Positions 51,850 through 63,968 are shown, counted from the whole stretch's first letter. The stretch is 63,968 bases of DNA, filler included, from Lenisia limosa (GCA_001655205.1; 11 parts of 11 records of this genome joined end to end with filler, not necessarily neighbours in it); one strand, 5' to 3'. The notes: generated by a model from the letters alone, not told the origin. Numbers and translations are program-made.

Positions 51850-54800
51850 CCTGCTGGCACTCCCAGGATCGGATTCTTCGCGTTGCTTCAAGACCGTCCA
51901 TAATCGGCATCTGGCAATCCTGGGAGGGGGGTGAAATTGGCACATTTATGAAACAACCTGGGGGGGTGAAAAGAGGGGATTTCGCAACACTCCGGAGGGA
52001 GAGGGGTAAAACAATTTCGATGTAATATTGGCGGAAAAAGGCAAAAATGATAAAAATAATAATAAAAAAATAATAATAATAAAAAAAAAANNNNNNNNNN
52101 NNNNNNNNNNNNNNNNNNNNNNNNNNNNNNNNNNNNNNNNNNNNNNNNNNNNNNNNNNNNNNNNNNNNNNNNNNNNNNNNNNNNNNNNNNNNNNNNNNNN
52201 NNNNNNNNNNNNNNNNNNNNNNNNNNNNNNNNNNNNNNNNNNAAAAATGACGTCGAAAGGACGTAACTGGGTAACGGCCGATTTGAACGTATTGAGAGCC
52301 TCCTGTCCATCGTCTAATTGGGGGGAAAGTGAATTTAGCGTGTGTGTTGGCTCGAATATTCCCAAGGACGTGTAAGAAACTCCGAAAACAGCAAGGAAAT
52401 AAGATCTCACCCCACTCATAAGGGACGAAATTTCCCAATAAATTCTCGAAAACTGTCGATATTATACCAGGCTTACTCGTGTATTATACCAATGAGAAAT
52501 AATAATAAAAAAAACAAGGTTGCATCTCGCCGAAGCCTTCCACACCATCGCGTTGATATAGATACTGAACGTATCTCGTGGATTGTACTCCCCCCCCCCC
52601 CNNNNNNNNNNNNNNNNNNNNNNNNNNNNNNNNNNNNNNNNNNNNNNNNNNNNNNNNNNNNNNNNNNNNNNNNNNNNNNNNNNNNNNNNNNNNNNNNNNN
52701 NNNNNNNNNNNNNNNNNNNTGACTATGTTGTCTTCGACAAGAAGTACGCGGGCAATGCTGCGTTGGATTCCAGCCTGAACACAGGTTAAGGGGAGATTTG
52801 ATAGAGATAAGAGGGTTATTTGACAAAGAGGGGAATTGAAATATCACATAATTTTTGCCCTTGAAACAAGTAGTATAGTAAGACATTGCACCGTCCGCCC
52901 ACTTTCCCCTTTGCGGTCTCGAGGCTTCCAGAGGATGTGCGGATGTGCTCGGGTTTCTCATTAATCCCTTCTAGCCTTCCACTTTTGCTCCGGATGCTAC
53001 AGGGCGTAAAGGTACTAATCAGGGGGGAGAGTGAAACGGAAATTTTATGGAAGGGAAAATTTATGAAACAAAACAGCCCAGAATCAACTCTGTTGGCTAA
53101 AAACACACGAGAGTTGAATACAACGAAACAAATCACTCCAAAGCACATTGATTGTTTTTGAATGGTAAAACAAAAGAGAGAAGCAAAACCCGTACAGTGA
53201 CCGGGATAAGTCTTGACCGATTTGCAATATGAAAATCGGCAATACTTTTCCCGGTCACTCTAAGATGTGGTAATATATCTATATATGTATCAATTTTTTT
53301 TTGAAACGAGAGAATTAAATGTATATATAGCTACATGTATATATAATTATATAAAATAATAAATTAGAAAAATAGGAAAACAAAAAAAAAATACATAGGG
53401 TTACCATAAACAAATCCGTCCCCTCAAGGGGGCATTGTATTGATATATAGTGGGGTGATTAGTTTTTGCGTTCATTTGTTTCCTCCCCCCTCCCCCTCTT
53501 GCGGTTCGTCGCAGTTTGATATACATATACATATACATCAATACAAAACCTCCCCCTCTAACCTTGAGGAACTGACAGACGGGCTCATGGGATTTCCAAA
53601 TATGGGTGTCGAGGGATATCGAGCTAGTGACACAGGGTGGCTTCGGGGGGTGCGCTGGGGAGGGGGGGATGAATATTTATGAAACAACAAAAAAGCCCAA
53701 AAACTCTGTTGGCTGATAACACACATGCAAATATGGTATACTATCTTATCAATATCATATAGAGTACCTTCTGGGGGGTCTGTACCAGCTGTAGGCACGA
53801 TTTAGCATCGGCAATGGTGGGGGGAGAGGCAACCACGTGGGTCAGGCCCGCAGAGCCGACTTTTCGCATCAAATTCTGGAGCTGGGGGAGCGTGATATAT
53901 TTGTCAAAAACAAAACAACAACAACAAAAAAAGAGCTGGGAGCTGAGGGGGTGAGATGTTAAGAGCTGGGGGAGGTTGGATTTCAGGAGGGAGTATGAGG
54001 ATGAGGGTGGCAGAGAAAAATTGTATTTTTTGTCTCCCTAATATTGATTTCATAGATTTGTTATACAGTGACTGGGATAAATCTTGACCGATTTACCTTG
54101 AGAAATCTCATAGCAAATCGGTCAAGACTTATCACGGTCAGTGTATACATATATCCTATGGTAGTAACCCCCCCCCACATCCATATAAGTTGTAAGGCAA
54201 ACGAAGGTCACTGAACGCAGCACCAATCGTTTCAAACACTCATCTTCCTCCGCCAGTTCGGGAGCTCTGGTGACTGCGGGAAGGAAGGTGAAATTAGCTT
54301 GTTGTTACGTGTAATGAGACTTCCTTTCTTTGTTCGGAGTTATGGTAATTTGTTTATGGTATCCTTATGTATTTATTTGTTTCCCAAGATTTTTAATGTA
54401 CATTATTTCTTTTGTTCAAAAAATAACAAAAAGGCCCAATTGTCAGTTACTACTGCACCCCCCCCCCACGNNNNNNNNNNNNNNNNNNNNNNNNNNNNNN
54501 NNNNNNNNNNNNNNNNNNNNNNNNNNNNNNNNNNNNNNNNNNNNNNNNNNNNNNNNNNNNNNNNNNNNNNNNNNNNNNNNNNNNNNNNNNNNNNNNNNTT
54601 TCTTTTATGTATGGAGGGTTCTGGCAGCCACTGTAGTGCGGGTGAGGTGGTCCACCAAACTCGGGTCTGGGGAGGTGGGTAAAATTGGACATATTTATGA
54701 AACAGAAAAGCCCAAAATCAACTCTATTGGCAGGCAAAATTAAGAGTATTGAAGGAACAATGCAAAGACATCAACAAAATAGGCACAGATATCAAGCGAA

Positions 54801-56330
54801 AACATGCATAGATATCAAGCGAACATGCCCACCACCCAACCTGGAGAGTAATTTCCTGTTCCGAGAGCCATTTTTCGAAGGCGATGGCAGTTGGAAATGC
54901 CAGGGGGCTGAAAAAAGTTACAGTGGGAAATGCAAGAGGGCGGAATAGAGTCAAAGTGGGAAGTACAGGGGGGCTGAATAGAGTCACATGTTACAGATGC
55001 GCGCGAATTATACTTCTATTAATCATGATTATTATAAGGAGATAAGAAATAAAACCAATATACTACCTACTCCAATATAATATGGTATACAGAGACAAAA
55101 AGATCATTATTTTTATTATCATTATTTCGATGAATTAGGTGAATTAACACAAACTCAGTATCTCTTATAACCATAATGGTGTGGACGGCTTCGGTCAGCA
55201 ACCTTATTTTGTATTGCTCATCTCTCGATATTTTACCAGTCTTTTTCGAACCGAAGTGAAGCCCTAAGTCTCACAGACACTTTTCCCCAATCCCCCACCA
55301 GACGCCAAGACGAACAAGTGTGTCAAATAACGAGGCCACCAGCAGAACGTTACTCCCGATTACGACATGACAGAGGTCCGTGTCAAATGACCTGGGTTAA
55401 TGAATTAATCATATCAGTTTTTGGACCATTTTTAACGTGTGAAAAATGAATTAAATTATCTCTCTCTCTCTCTGTGTGTATGTGTGTGTGTGCGTGATTA
55501 TAATATGTCTCTCTCTGTGTGTGATATTAATATGTCTCTCTGTGTGTATGTGTGATTACAATATGTCTGTGTATGTATGTGTGTATAGGGACACTAGGGG
55601 ATATGGGTTAACATACATGGGTGAATCTGGAAGAGAAAGCGCGGTCAAGCCATTTCGCAGTGAAGCCATATGTGAAGAATGCGTGGAGGATAAACTCGCT
55701 GGAGTGAGTGGCGAGATAGGGGTGACGGGAGTAATGGGATGAGGAGACGCTGAAGACGCTGAAGTGGCTGGTGTAAGACTTTGAGCGGCTACTGTCACGC
55801 GAACTGCGAATGTCGTGCCTTTGTTGGGGGTAGAGGCTACAGCTACGGAACCGCCCATAACTTCGGCCACTGTTCGGACTATCGCCAGGCCTGGGAGGGG
55901 GGGGGGGAGGTAAAATTGGAAAATTTATGAAACAGAAAAAATCCCAAAATCAACCCTGTTGGTTGACAACACATGATGGTTGATAAACACAAAACAAACA
56001 AAGTCCAGGTCAGTCGCTTCTGCAGCACCACATCCCATCACTCCAGATTTAGGGATTCCCCACGGTCCCCAAAAAGACTGAATTTCTCGATAAATCCACT
56101 TTAAATATCGATATTTTACCGGTCTTTTTCGGTCTTCAAGGAAGCTCTAGTAATTATGCATATTAAAATGAATACGAGTACCCCAAAAAGCGATATTTTC
56201 AGGTGAACCTACCATACTAGGAAGGTTTATCAAGAAACACAACAAAAAATAATGGTATTCATATCACCGCCCTACCTAATCCGGTTCCTCCATACTGCTG
56301 CGTGATTTCAGCGCCGCATTGCTCAAACTA
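51850..56330 (-). CDS. Hybrid histidine kinase (HATPase_c + receiver), partial
   Basis: ITQQYGGTGLG|LAIVRTVAEVMGGSVAVASTPNKGTTF (G2 box); receiver ARVLLVEDNIV..DDGQEALNTF..FDVIF..DCQMPIMDGLEATRRIRSWE. Confidence 0.9.
53195..53260. mobile_element. Tc1/mariner-like MITE
   Basis: TA|CAGTGACCGGGATAAGTCTTGACC...CCCGGTCACTC|TA. Confidence 0.7.
54066..54143. mobile_element. Tc1/mariner-like MITE
   Basis: TA|CAGTGACTGGGATAAATCTTGACC...GGTCAAGACTTATCACGGTCAGTG|TA. Confidence 0.75.
55891..56045 (-). mobile_element. Family C full-length copy supplying the 3' splice site of the HATPase exon
   Basis: gtgatgggatgtggtgctgcagaagcgact...ttttccaattttacctccccccccctcccag|GCCTGGCGATA (G-LAI). Confidence 0.75.
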
Positions 56331-58121
56331 AAAAGAATAAGAATTCTCTCAAATAATGTGAGAAATGCATGAAACATTTAATAATTTAAGAAATCAACTT
56401 GTTTTTTCCGTCTCGAANNNNNNNNNNNNNNNNNNNNNNNNNNNNNNNNNNNNNNNNNNNNTTAATTAATTAANNNNNNNNNNNNNNNNNNNNNNNNNNN
56501 NNNNNNNNNNNNNNNNNGTATATATCTATGTATTTATATAATATATATGACATTCCTATGACGTGTCACCCCATATCCCCCACTTCTTACCCCCTTTATC
56601 CCCTTTGTCCCGTAAATGACGTTTTATGCTTCTAAAAGTTCGATCAGAGCGACAAAATATTATTTTTCGCGAAAAAAAAAAAGACCCCAAACGGAAAATA
56701 TNNNNNNNNNNNNNNNNNNNNNNNNNNNNNNNNNNNNNNNNNNNNNNNNNNNNNNNNNNNNNNNNNNNNNNNNNNNNNNNNNNNNNNNNNNNNNNNNNNN
56801 NNNNNNNNNNNNNNNNNNNNNNNNNNNNNNNNNNNNNNNNNNNNNNNNNNNNNNNNNNNNNNNNNNNNNNNNNNNNNNNNNNNNNNNNNNNNNNNNNNNN
56901 NNNNNNNNNNNNNNNNNNNNNNNNNNNNNNNNNNNNNNNNNNNNNGATGCTCTTTTATAGAAATCCTTGTTCAAGGAATTTTGAAGGGTGATCATTCTGA
57001 AGACGAAAGTTTGTTTGAGCTGCTGACCTTCTATTTGACTTCATCAGGTTCTTTTAATGACAAAATAAAGAATTGCCAAGCTAACCTCGTGATGACGAGA
57101 GGTGTTCCCAACCCCCCTCTAAAGGGCCTCTTTGTCGATTTAATGGGAGAAGAACAAGTTTCAACGCAAGTTGAAGAAGATCAGTTTTCGAAGAAAACTT
57201 CTTGAGGTTGGTAACTAGTGTTCCTAACTTTTTAACTCAAATAGGTTGCTTACATCGACAAAAGACACCTCTAAGCGTCAGATTTCAAGAACTTTTTGTG
57301 ATCCTTGGCTACGCTCTCTCAAGTTGCAGGGTTTTTTTTTTTACTATTATTAGGTAAAAATAAATCAGCTGATCTTAAGATTTTGCTGAGCCAAATTTAT
57401 GCTTCCTTCAGCTCCTCTCTTCCTTCTTTTTGTTCATAAAATTTGGCTTAGATAAGATTTTGATGGAGAAATTAACCATTTCAAGATCTTCCCGTATGAT
57501 CTCTCTCAATGGCTGAACGATCTCCTTAGACCTGTCTGTTTTCTACTTTCTTAAGGAGCTTCTGGTTATTGATAAAATGTGTTTCAAATGATTAATTTTT
57601 GATTTGCTGTGTGGTGTCACGCTGTCTCCCAAATGCATTTCTGAACTCAAATTATTACGTATTTCCAATTATTGCTCATAATTCTTGCCAATAGTTCAAA
57701 ACTGTCATATTTGAGAGAAAACACAAGGGAAACGCTTATTTAGAGCAGAGAAAAATATGGCAAATGTCATATTTATATATGACAAATCTCATATTTTTTA
57801 TGAAATAATGCCATATTTCCGTCATATTTATATGACATTTGCCATTTTCGGGCGTCATATTAGTAATATTTTAACATTCCAATGACGTGTCACCAAAGTT
57901 TCCTTCCATTCCCCCTCNNNNNNNNNNNNNNNNNNNNNNNNNNNNNNNNNNNNNNNNNNNNNNNNNNNNNNNNNNNNNNNNNNNNNNNNNGGTCGAGACT
58001 TTTTTTTGAGACTTTTCCAAGAGATGACAAGGGAATCACGAGGAAGAGCCCAACAAAAAGTCGAGACCCATCCCGACGACGTTGCCAAGGGCGGTCCCGT
58101 GTGTACATGGGCGATCATATG

Positions 58122-58856
58122 CCCATGGAACTTTTTTCCAGCATCATTTTCCCAGGGACTTTTGTTAAAAGTATTACATACTTACTTTTCTGGAAAGGGT
58201 GGCAAAGGGGGACTTCCAACATGATGTCTACGTTCGACTTTCCCTCCCATGATCTCGTGAACCATCTTCCCGCTTTTCCATCCTGTTTTCCCTCTAGATT
58301 AATATAAAGTGTTGGTCACCAGTGTTTTCTGCACATTATTCTCAATTTGAAGACAATAAGCATGAATCACTAAAAAAAGACAATTTTATTGTTACGAAAT
58401 TAGATAAAAGTGAACTGAACCTGGTCACCCATTTATTCTACTATTTAAGCAGCAGCTTTTCTTTTTGAGCTCCTCTTTTCAAACTTTCGAAAATGTTACT
58501 TTTTCGAATGCTCTTTGGTCGTTTACAAAGCAACCTTACTTGGTAAATTCTTCTCAGGTGTGTTTGACTCTAGGCGCCATGAAGTTCGCTGACCGCAATA
58601 CAACGCAATACAACGCAACACAATGCTTTGGATGGCGCCTTCATTTTTCCTCTCGTCCTCTCTTAAAAATTCAATGTAACCATGTTCAAAATACTGCCAA
58701 AATGCGGTTTCACTCTCCTCCTCACCCTGATCTTCAATTTTAGCGATCAGCAATTTTGTTGTGATACGGTGATATTCTTCCCAGGGAAAAACATCATTTT
58801 TGGGCAAAAATGACAAAAGTCCCAGGGAAAATGATATCGAAAAAAATTCTCATGGG
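58122..58856. mobile_element. Non-autonomous TIR element (~735 bp)
   Basis: cccatggaacttttttccagcatcattttcccagggacttttgt versus the reverse complement of acaaaagtcccagggaaaatgatatcgaaaaaaattctcatggg: an imperfect ~44 bp inverted repeat. Confidence 0.55.
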
Positions 58857-61814
58857 TATATGATATCATATGATATGTGGGTATTGTTAAAGTGAAGTAC
58901 TGCTAGGTATNNNNNNNNNNNNNNNNNNNNNNNNNNNNNNNNNNNNNNNNNNNNTTAATTAATTAANNNNNNNNNNNNNNNNNNNNNNNNNNNNNNNNNN
59001 NNNNNNNNNNACTTTGAATTGGTTAAATTGAGTTACTTTTTCTAACAATTCAGGCTTCCATATTGACTACTTCCAAGAGCCCGAGCGCTGCAACGGAATT
59101 GTTTTCCTCCAGGTCAGGTATCTCTTCTTTTTGGGTTCTTTTTAAGTCTTTTAAGGTCTTCTTTCAAGTCTTTCTCTCTCCCTAGCCTTTTTTTTTGTTT
59201 TGACGTATTAACCCTCCAGGTCTACATGAGGGGCCATAAGGACGCCCCAGTTAATGAGGTTGTTCCGGTACGGGGGGGGGCGCATTTTAAGCCATTTATC
59301 GTTTGACATTGACATTGACTTGACCCTCTAGCCATTCTTTGAGGTTGACAAGGAGGTGACAGGACAGCACAACTTCTCCCTTCACTACTACGCTACCGCT
59401 CACCAAGTGAGCTAGATGTTTTGTTTCTGGTCTTACAATAAATCGTAGAATATATATTTTTCTGACTTCTTCTTCACGCGAGTGAGCAAGGATAAGGACC
59501 TATTAAAACAATGAAAATCACTTTTCGCCACCCCTGAGTGGCAGCCCCATTTAAGGCGAAACGAAATGCGTTGACTCCTGCTGAATTGGCAACAATTAGG
59601 CAAGGTGCTGAACCGTTTGACCTGCATGCCTGTTTCATCTAACATCCGCAGCCCCCCAACTCCCCCTCATGTGACGACCTCGCAATCCACTACGATCCTT
59701 AGATCACTATGTTTCTTATGTTCTTTCTTGTTTTAGGTTCTATCTATTCATCTTTGCTATTCCAATTTCATACAGAACTAGATATAATACCAGATACACA
59801 AAACAGAGATTCTATTCANNNNNNNNNNNNNNNNNNNNNNNNNNNNNNNNNNNNNNNNNNNNNNNNNNNNNNNNNNNNNNNNNNNNNNNNNNNNNNNNNN
59901 NNNNNNNNNNNNNNNNNNNNNNNNNNNNNNNNNNNNNNNNNNNNNNNNNNNNNNNNNNNNNNNNNNNNNNNNNNNNNNNNNNNNNNNNNNNNNNNNNNNN
60001 NNNNNNNNNNNNNNNNNNNNNNNNNNNNNNNNNNNNNNNNNNNNNNNNNNNNNNNNNNNNNNNNNNNGAAACTCCAAGCAATAACAAACAGAGGGGGAGA
60101 AGCACGATGATGAGACCTTCACAACCAAAACGCCAAAAAGCAGTAACCAACCATAGGATCATCATCGTGATGGGCTACCAGAATCTCTGACACGCCCGGG
60201 GCCACCTCAACTGTCACCTCAACTGCCTAATAATTATGGTAAGTCTGCCAAGGTAGGGAACAAGAAAATGCACCAAAAAAAAAAGGGCTCCACAGCTTCA
60301 AAAAACAATCCATACTGCCTCCCCACAGGTCCAGAAGGTGCCGCCGGGGGAGACATGGGCTGGGGTACCGACATTGCTCGCATTCGTCTGGGCTGTTAGT
60401 CTCTTCATTTGCGAACAAGATGGTAATTCAACCACCCCATCATAAGACTTTTTCAATCACACTTTTTCTGCCCCCCCCCTCACCTAAATTGGTCTGCCAG
60501 CTGGCCCGGCGGCGCGGATATTGAGAGCTGATCCGTTTCACGCCAATCTTCACTGGGGGGCGACAGCGGCTGTAGGGTATGAGAACAGAAAAGACTCGCT
60601 ACTACGCTTTATATATATATAGCAATGAGAAATAAAAAACAAGGTGGTATCTGGCCGACTACACTTTAGCACATAACAGATAAAAAAAAAAAAAAAAAAA
60701 GNNNNNNNNNNNNNNNNNNNNNNNNNNNNNNNNNNNNNNNNNNNNNNNNNNNNNNNNNNNNNNNNNNNNNNNNNNNNNNATAGATATCGCGAACCGAAGC
60801 TCCAACCGGGTATTTTCGAGGGGTTGACGTGCCACTTCCAACTGGATGGTTAACTCTGAGATCTTGAAAGAGGAGACTTCTTAGATATTTGAATTGAGAA
60901 ATTTCGACTATAAGATATCAAAATGCCTTTTAGAGAACTACGACCATAGAAGCCTCTCTGATATCCTCTTTTTAAGCCATATTGCCCAGCTCCAAGCCAT
61001 CATTTGGTACCCTTGAGAAACAAACATTGTGACCGCTTGTGGAGGCTTGCGGAGTTGAGGGGATCGGACAGTCGTGTGGGTATTGATCGCTGTGAAGAGG
61101 AGGACGTGGGCATCATGAACGTTGTGTTGCCGCTGCGAGGGTTAAATTTTGATTCGAGCTCAGACAATAATAACTAAGGCTTACATTGGTCCCAAAAAAA
61201 GATAAAATGATAAATTATCAACAGAGATATTTTCATCGTAGGAAAGCCCAAAACCAGGCTTTTGCCCTCAGACCGCGAAGACGCCGTGAGCAGAGAAGAG
61301 CTACTCCCGCTCCGAGCCTGGCTGACGACGGGCGGAATGCCGCTTTGAGAACTGCTGCTTCGTGGCGTCAGTGACACGGGTGAGAACTGGCTCATACTGC
61401 CAAGCGGAAACTCGGGCAGCGGTGAGATCGGCCTCGTGGGCGCTGTCGGGTCAGGAAATCACTGGGATGGAAGTGGCATTTATGGGGGAGCTGTGAAGTT
61501 TGCTACTCAACGTTGTTTTGATATTAGGTGGGCAACACTTTTGCGAAATGGTACAATCCAAGACAATAAAGAGTTCAGTTTTTCAAAGTTGCAGGAAATG
61601 TGTTTGTGTCTGCCAAGAAGCGAGTAGTGAAAGAGAGCCTACGCATTATTAACTGTCTCAGTCCTCTGATATTTTGGAACGCAACAACACTGTTACCTGC
61701 TATCAATCTAGTGGAGAAATGTGTTCTCTGACAAACAGTAGTTCCTGCACCTTGAGCTTTCAACACGACGGCAACTCTGTCATTTTGAACAGAACTCTGT
61801 CGGTTAAATAATAT

Positions 61815-61937
61815 TGGTGCAGAGGTAGACTTCCCATTTGTGATGCTAATAGATGGTGCAGAGGTAGACTTCCCATTTGTGATGCTAATAGATGGTGCAG
61901 AGGTAGATTTCCCATTTGTAATGCTAATAGATGGTGC
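61815..61937. repeat. 39-bp tandem repeat x3
   Basis: atggtgcagaggtagacttcccatttgtgatgctaatag repeated with no spacers. Confidence 0.9.
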
Positions 61938-62384
61938 GAGGGAATGCTATCGATTCTCCACCGATGCTATTATGTTTGGTTCGCCTCACTGGTACCGAGT
62001 TGATAAGATTGTCTCTACTTGTGCACAATGGACAGATCCACTTCTGCTTTGGGAAAGTTGAGTGGGAGCGAAAAGAAGGAGGTCCGAGAAAAAGGATAGC
62101 ATAAAGAGTAGGTGGCTGAATCCCTGCCATCCAATGACACAAATGAGCATTCAAAAAAAAACGAATAGACAAAATTGCTGGATAAATGGATAAAGTGAAC
62201 CCAACGCACATTTTCCAGGTGATGAGAACGCGGCAATGCTGGACCGACGGCCGCCCTTAATAAGCCTTGCGTAGTGGGGGGTGCNNNNNNNNNNNNNNNN
62301 NNNNNNNNNNNNNNNNNNNNNNNNNNNNTTAATTAATTAANNNNNNNNNNNNNNNNNNNNNNNNNNNNNNNNNNNNNNNNNNNN

Positions 62385-63968
62385 GAGGAAGCATCCAAGG
62401 CTATTGGCCACATGCCCCTCATCATGTTCTTCCCCCTTGGTAGGTGGGGGGAGCGGTTGCTCACCCACAAAAAGAAGCAAATTATTTGTGCGTGAGCAGC
62501 CACAGCCGGTGGCTGATATCATTTGCAATTCGCTCTTCTTACAAAGTTGTCTCTCCCCCTGTTCCAGTACTTGTTAATTGCTGTATTGTATTGTATTATT
62601 CTTGTTTTTTTTATATTCTTTCTTCGGATTGAAGAGCGTATTATTGGCAACTTTTGTTTTTGCTTTTGTTCATGCGTTGCGTGTGGAAGTACCGGCATCA
62701 CCCCCGCTACAGAAACGACTGTCCTGGGTTTTGTTTGTTTTATTATAACTCTCGTGTGTTGTCAGCCAACAGAGTTGATTTTAGGCTTTTTTTTGTTTCA
62801 TAAATTTTCTAATTTACNNNNNNNNNNNNNNNNNNNNNNNNNNNNNNNNNNNNNNNNNNNNNNNNNNNNNNNNNNNNNNNNNNNNNNNNNNNNNNNNNNN
62901 NNNNNNNNNNNNNNNNATTTTCATTTGCATTTAGTGATCTTTGTTCTGCAAATCACCTTCTTCATCTACTGGATCTTCATTGCAATGTATCTTGTCACGT
63001 CGTCTGAGCCTACCTACTCCAAGGTCTGCGGGAAGACAAGAGGGCTGCCAAAAAACTAATATTATTGTAATAAACCTGTATTCTATTGTTTGTTTTGAAA
63101 TGAGCCAAGTATTCGATTTGGACCAATCCACAGTTCTGCTTTTTTTTTATTATTCTGCAGATCCCTGGAAGAGAAGATCAATTTGAGAGCTATGAGACCG
63201 GTGGGAGGAGGTGGTGACAAGTCTTCTTCTTTTTGCCACTATTCTCTTTCAGATTGAACTCTTTCATATTTGCAATCTCAATTCACACATGTGTAGTAGA
63301 TTTTGTTATTATATCAATACCCTTCCCCTTTATTAACACTGCGCGAATCTCACACGTGTTAGGAGACCACCTGAGACGCATGCAGATCTACCACTTCTTC
63401 GGTCTTCTTTGGACCAACCAGGTGCGTGTTTGTCAGCTTCGTTACTATGTGATGTTTGTTGCCTTCGGTACTATGCTGCATGGATTGGTGTTTGCTGTCT
63501 TTTTTTTTGTTTTGCTTGTTTTTCCTATGCTAGGGAGACACGATGCTGCTGAAGCGACTGGCCTGGGCTTTTTTTTTGTTGTTATTATCAACCCTCGTGN
63601 NNNNNNNNNNNNNNNNNNNNNNNNNNNNNNNNNNNNNNNNNNNNNNNNNNNNNNNNNNNNNNNNNNNNNNNNNNNNNNNNNNNNNNNNNNNNNNNNNNNN
63701 NNNNNNNNNNNNNNNNNNNNNNNNNNNNNNNNNNNNNNNNNNNNNNNNNNNNNNNNNNNNNNNNNNNNNNNNNNNNNNNNNNNNNNNNNNNNNNNNNNNN
63801 NATTGGTGTAGAGGTCCTAATCACCAACCAAATAATCTGAAACTCCAAACAAACAGAAACAACTGTATAGACTTGAAACTGACTCTCCGCAGGTACCACC
63901 TCGGTTCCATTGCCTTCGGTTCCCTCATCATCGCCATTGTTCAGTTCATCCGTGCCGTGATCAAGTGG
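62385..63968 (+). CDS. SLC44: Choline transporter-like protein (CTL/SLC44 family), partial
   Basis: EEASKAIGHMPLIMFFPL; VIFVLQITFFIYWIFIAMYLVTS; MQIYHFFGLLWTNQ; YHLGSIAFGSLIIAIVQFIR. Confidence 0.88.

Noticed and set aside
60320-60420. VPPGETWAGVP as a Pls/NRPS-like terminal domain
   Set aside because: A single short motif with ambiguous frame and no supporting domains nearby.
61815-61937. 39-bp repeats as a CRISPR array
   Set aside because: Head-to-tail tandem copies with no spacers, in a eukaryotic context with no cas genes.
2930-62340. Recurrent TTAATTAATTAA palindrome as a biological motif
   Set aside because: It is always embedded in N runs of similar length; this is a standard six-frame-stop linker used to concatenate scaffolds.
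6-63899. ORFs in the track that run through X stretches
   Set aside because: They are open only because N gaps hide stop codons.

Overview
Intron-rich eukaryotic (protist-like) nuclear DNA from a fragmented draft assembly. Ten artificial N-TTAATTAATTAA-N linkers show that the window is about 11 concatenated scaffolds, so adjacency across linkers is not biological. Multi-exon genes recognisable by manual translation: UBAC1/KPC2-like, cytosolic seryl-tRNA synthetase, RPL17, a CCP6/AGBL4-like carboxypeptidase fragment, XRN1 (about 10.5 kb, N-terminus missing), an akirin-like gene, an ArfGAP, a hybrid histidine kinase, a CTL/SLC44 transporter, a filamin-type Ig protein and a long coiled-coil protein. 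The most unusual signal is in the introns. A dispersed repeat of about 100-150 nt (family C, with a linked module D) begins GT and ends in a poly-C-AG that coincides with the 3' splice site of unrelated genes (introner-like). A second intronic repeat (family B) has two hairpins with apparently compensatory changes, one closed by a cUUCGg tetraloop. An XRN1 intron holds a 1.4 kb TIR-bounded element carrying a spliced RG-repeat ORF rather than a transposase. Two MITE families are also present. All gene models and homology calls come from reading by eye, not from database searches; most gene ends are approximate.
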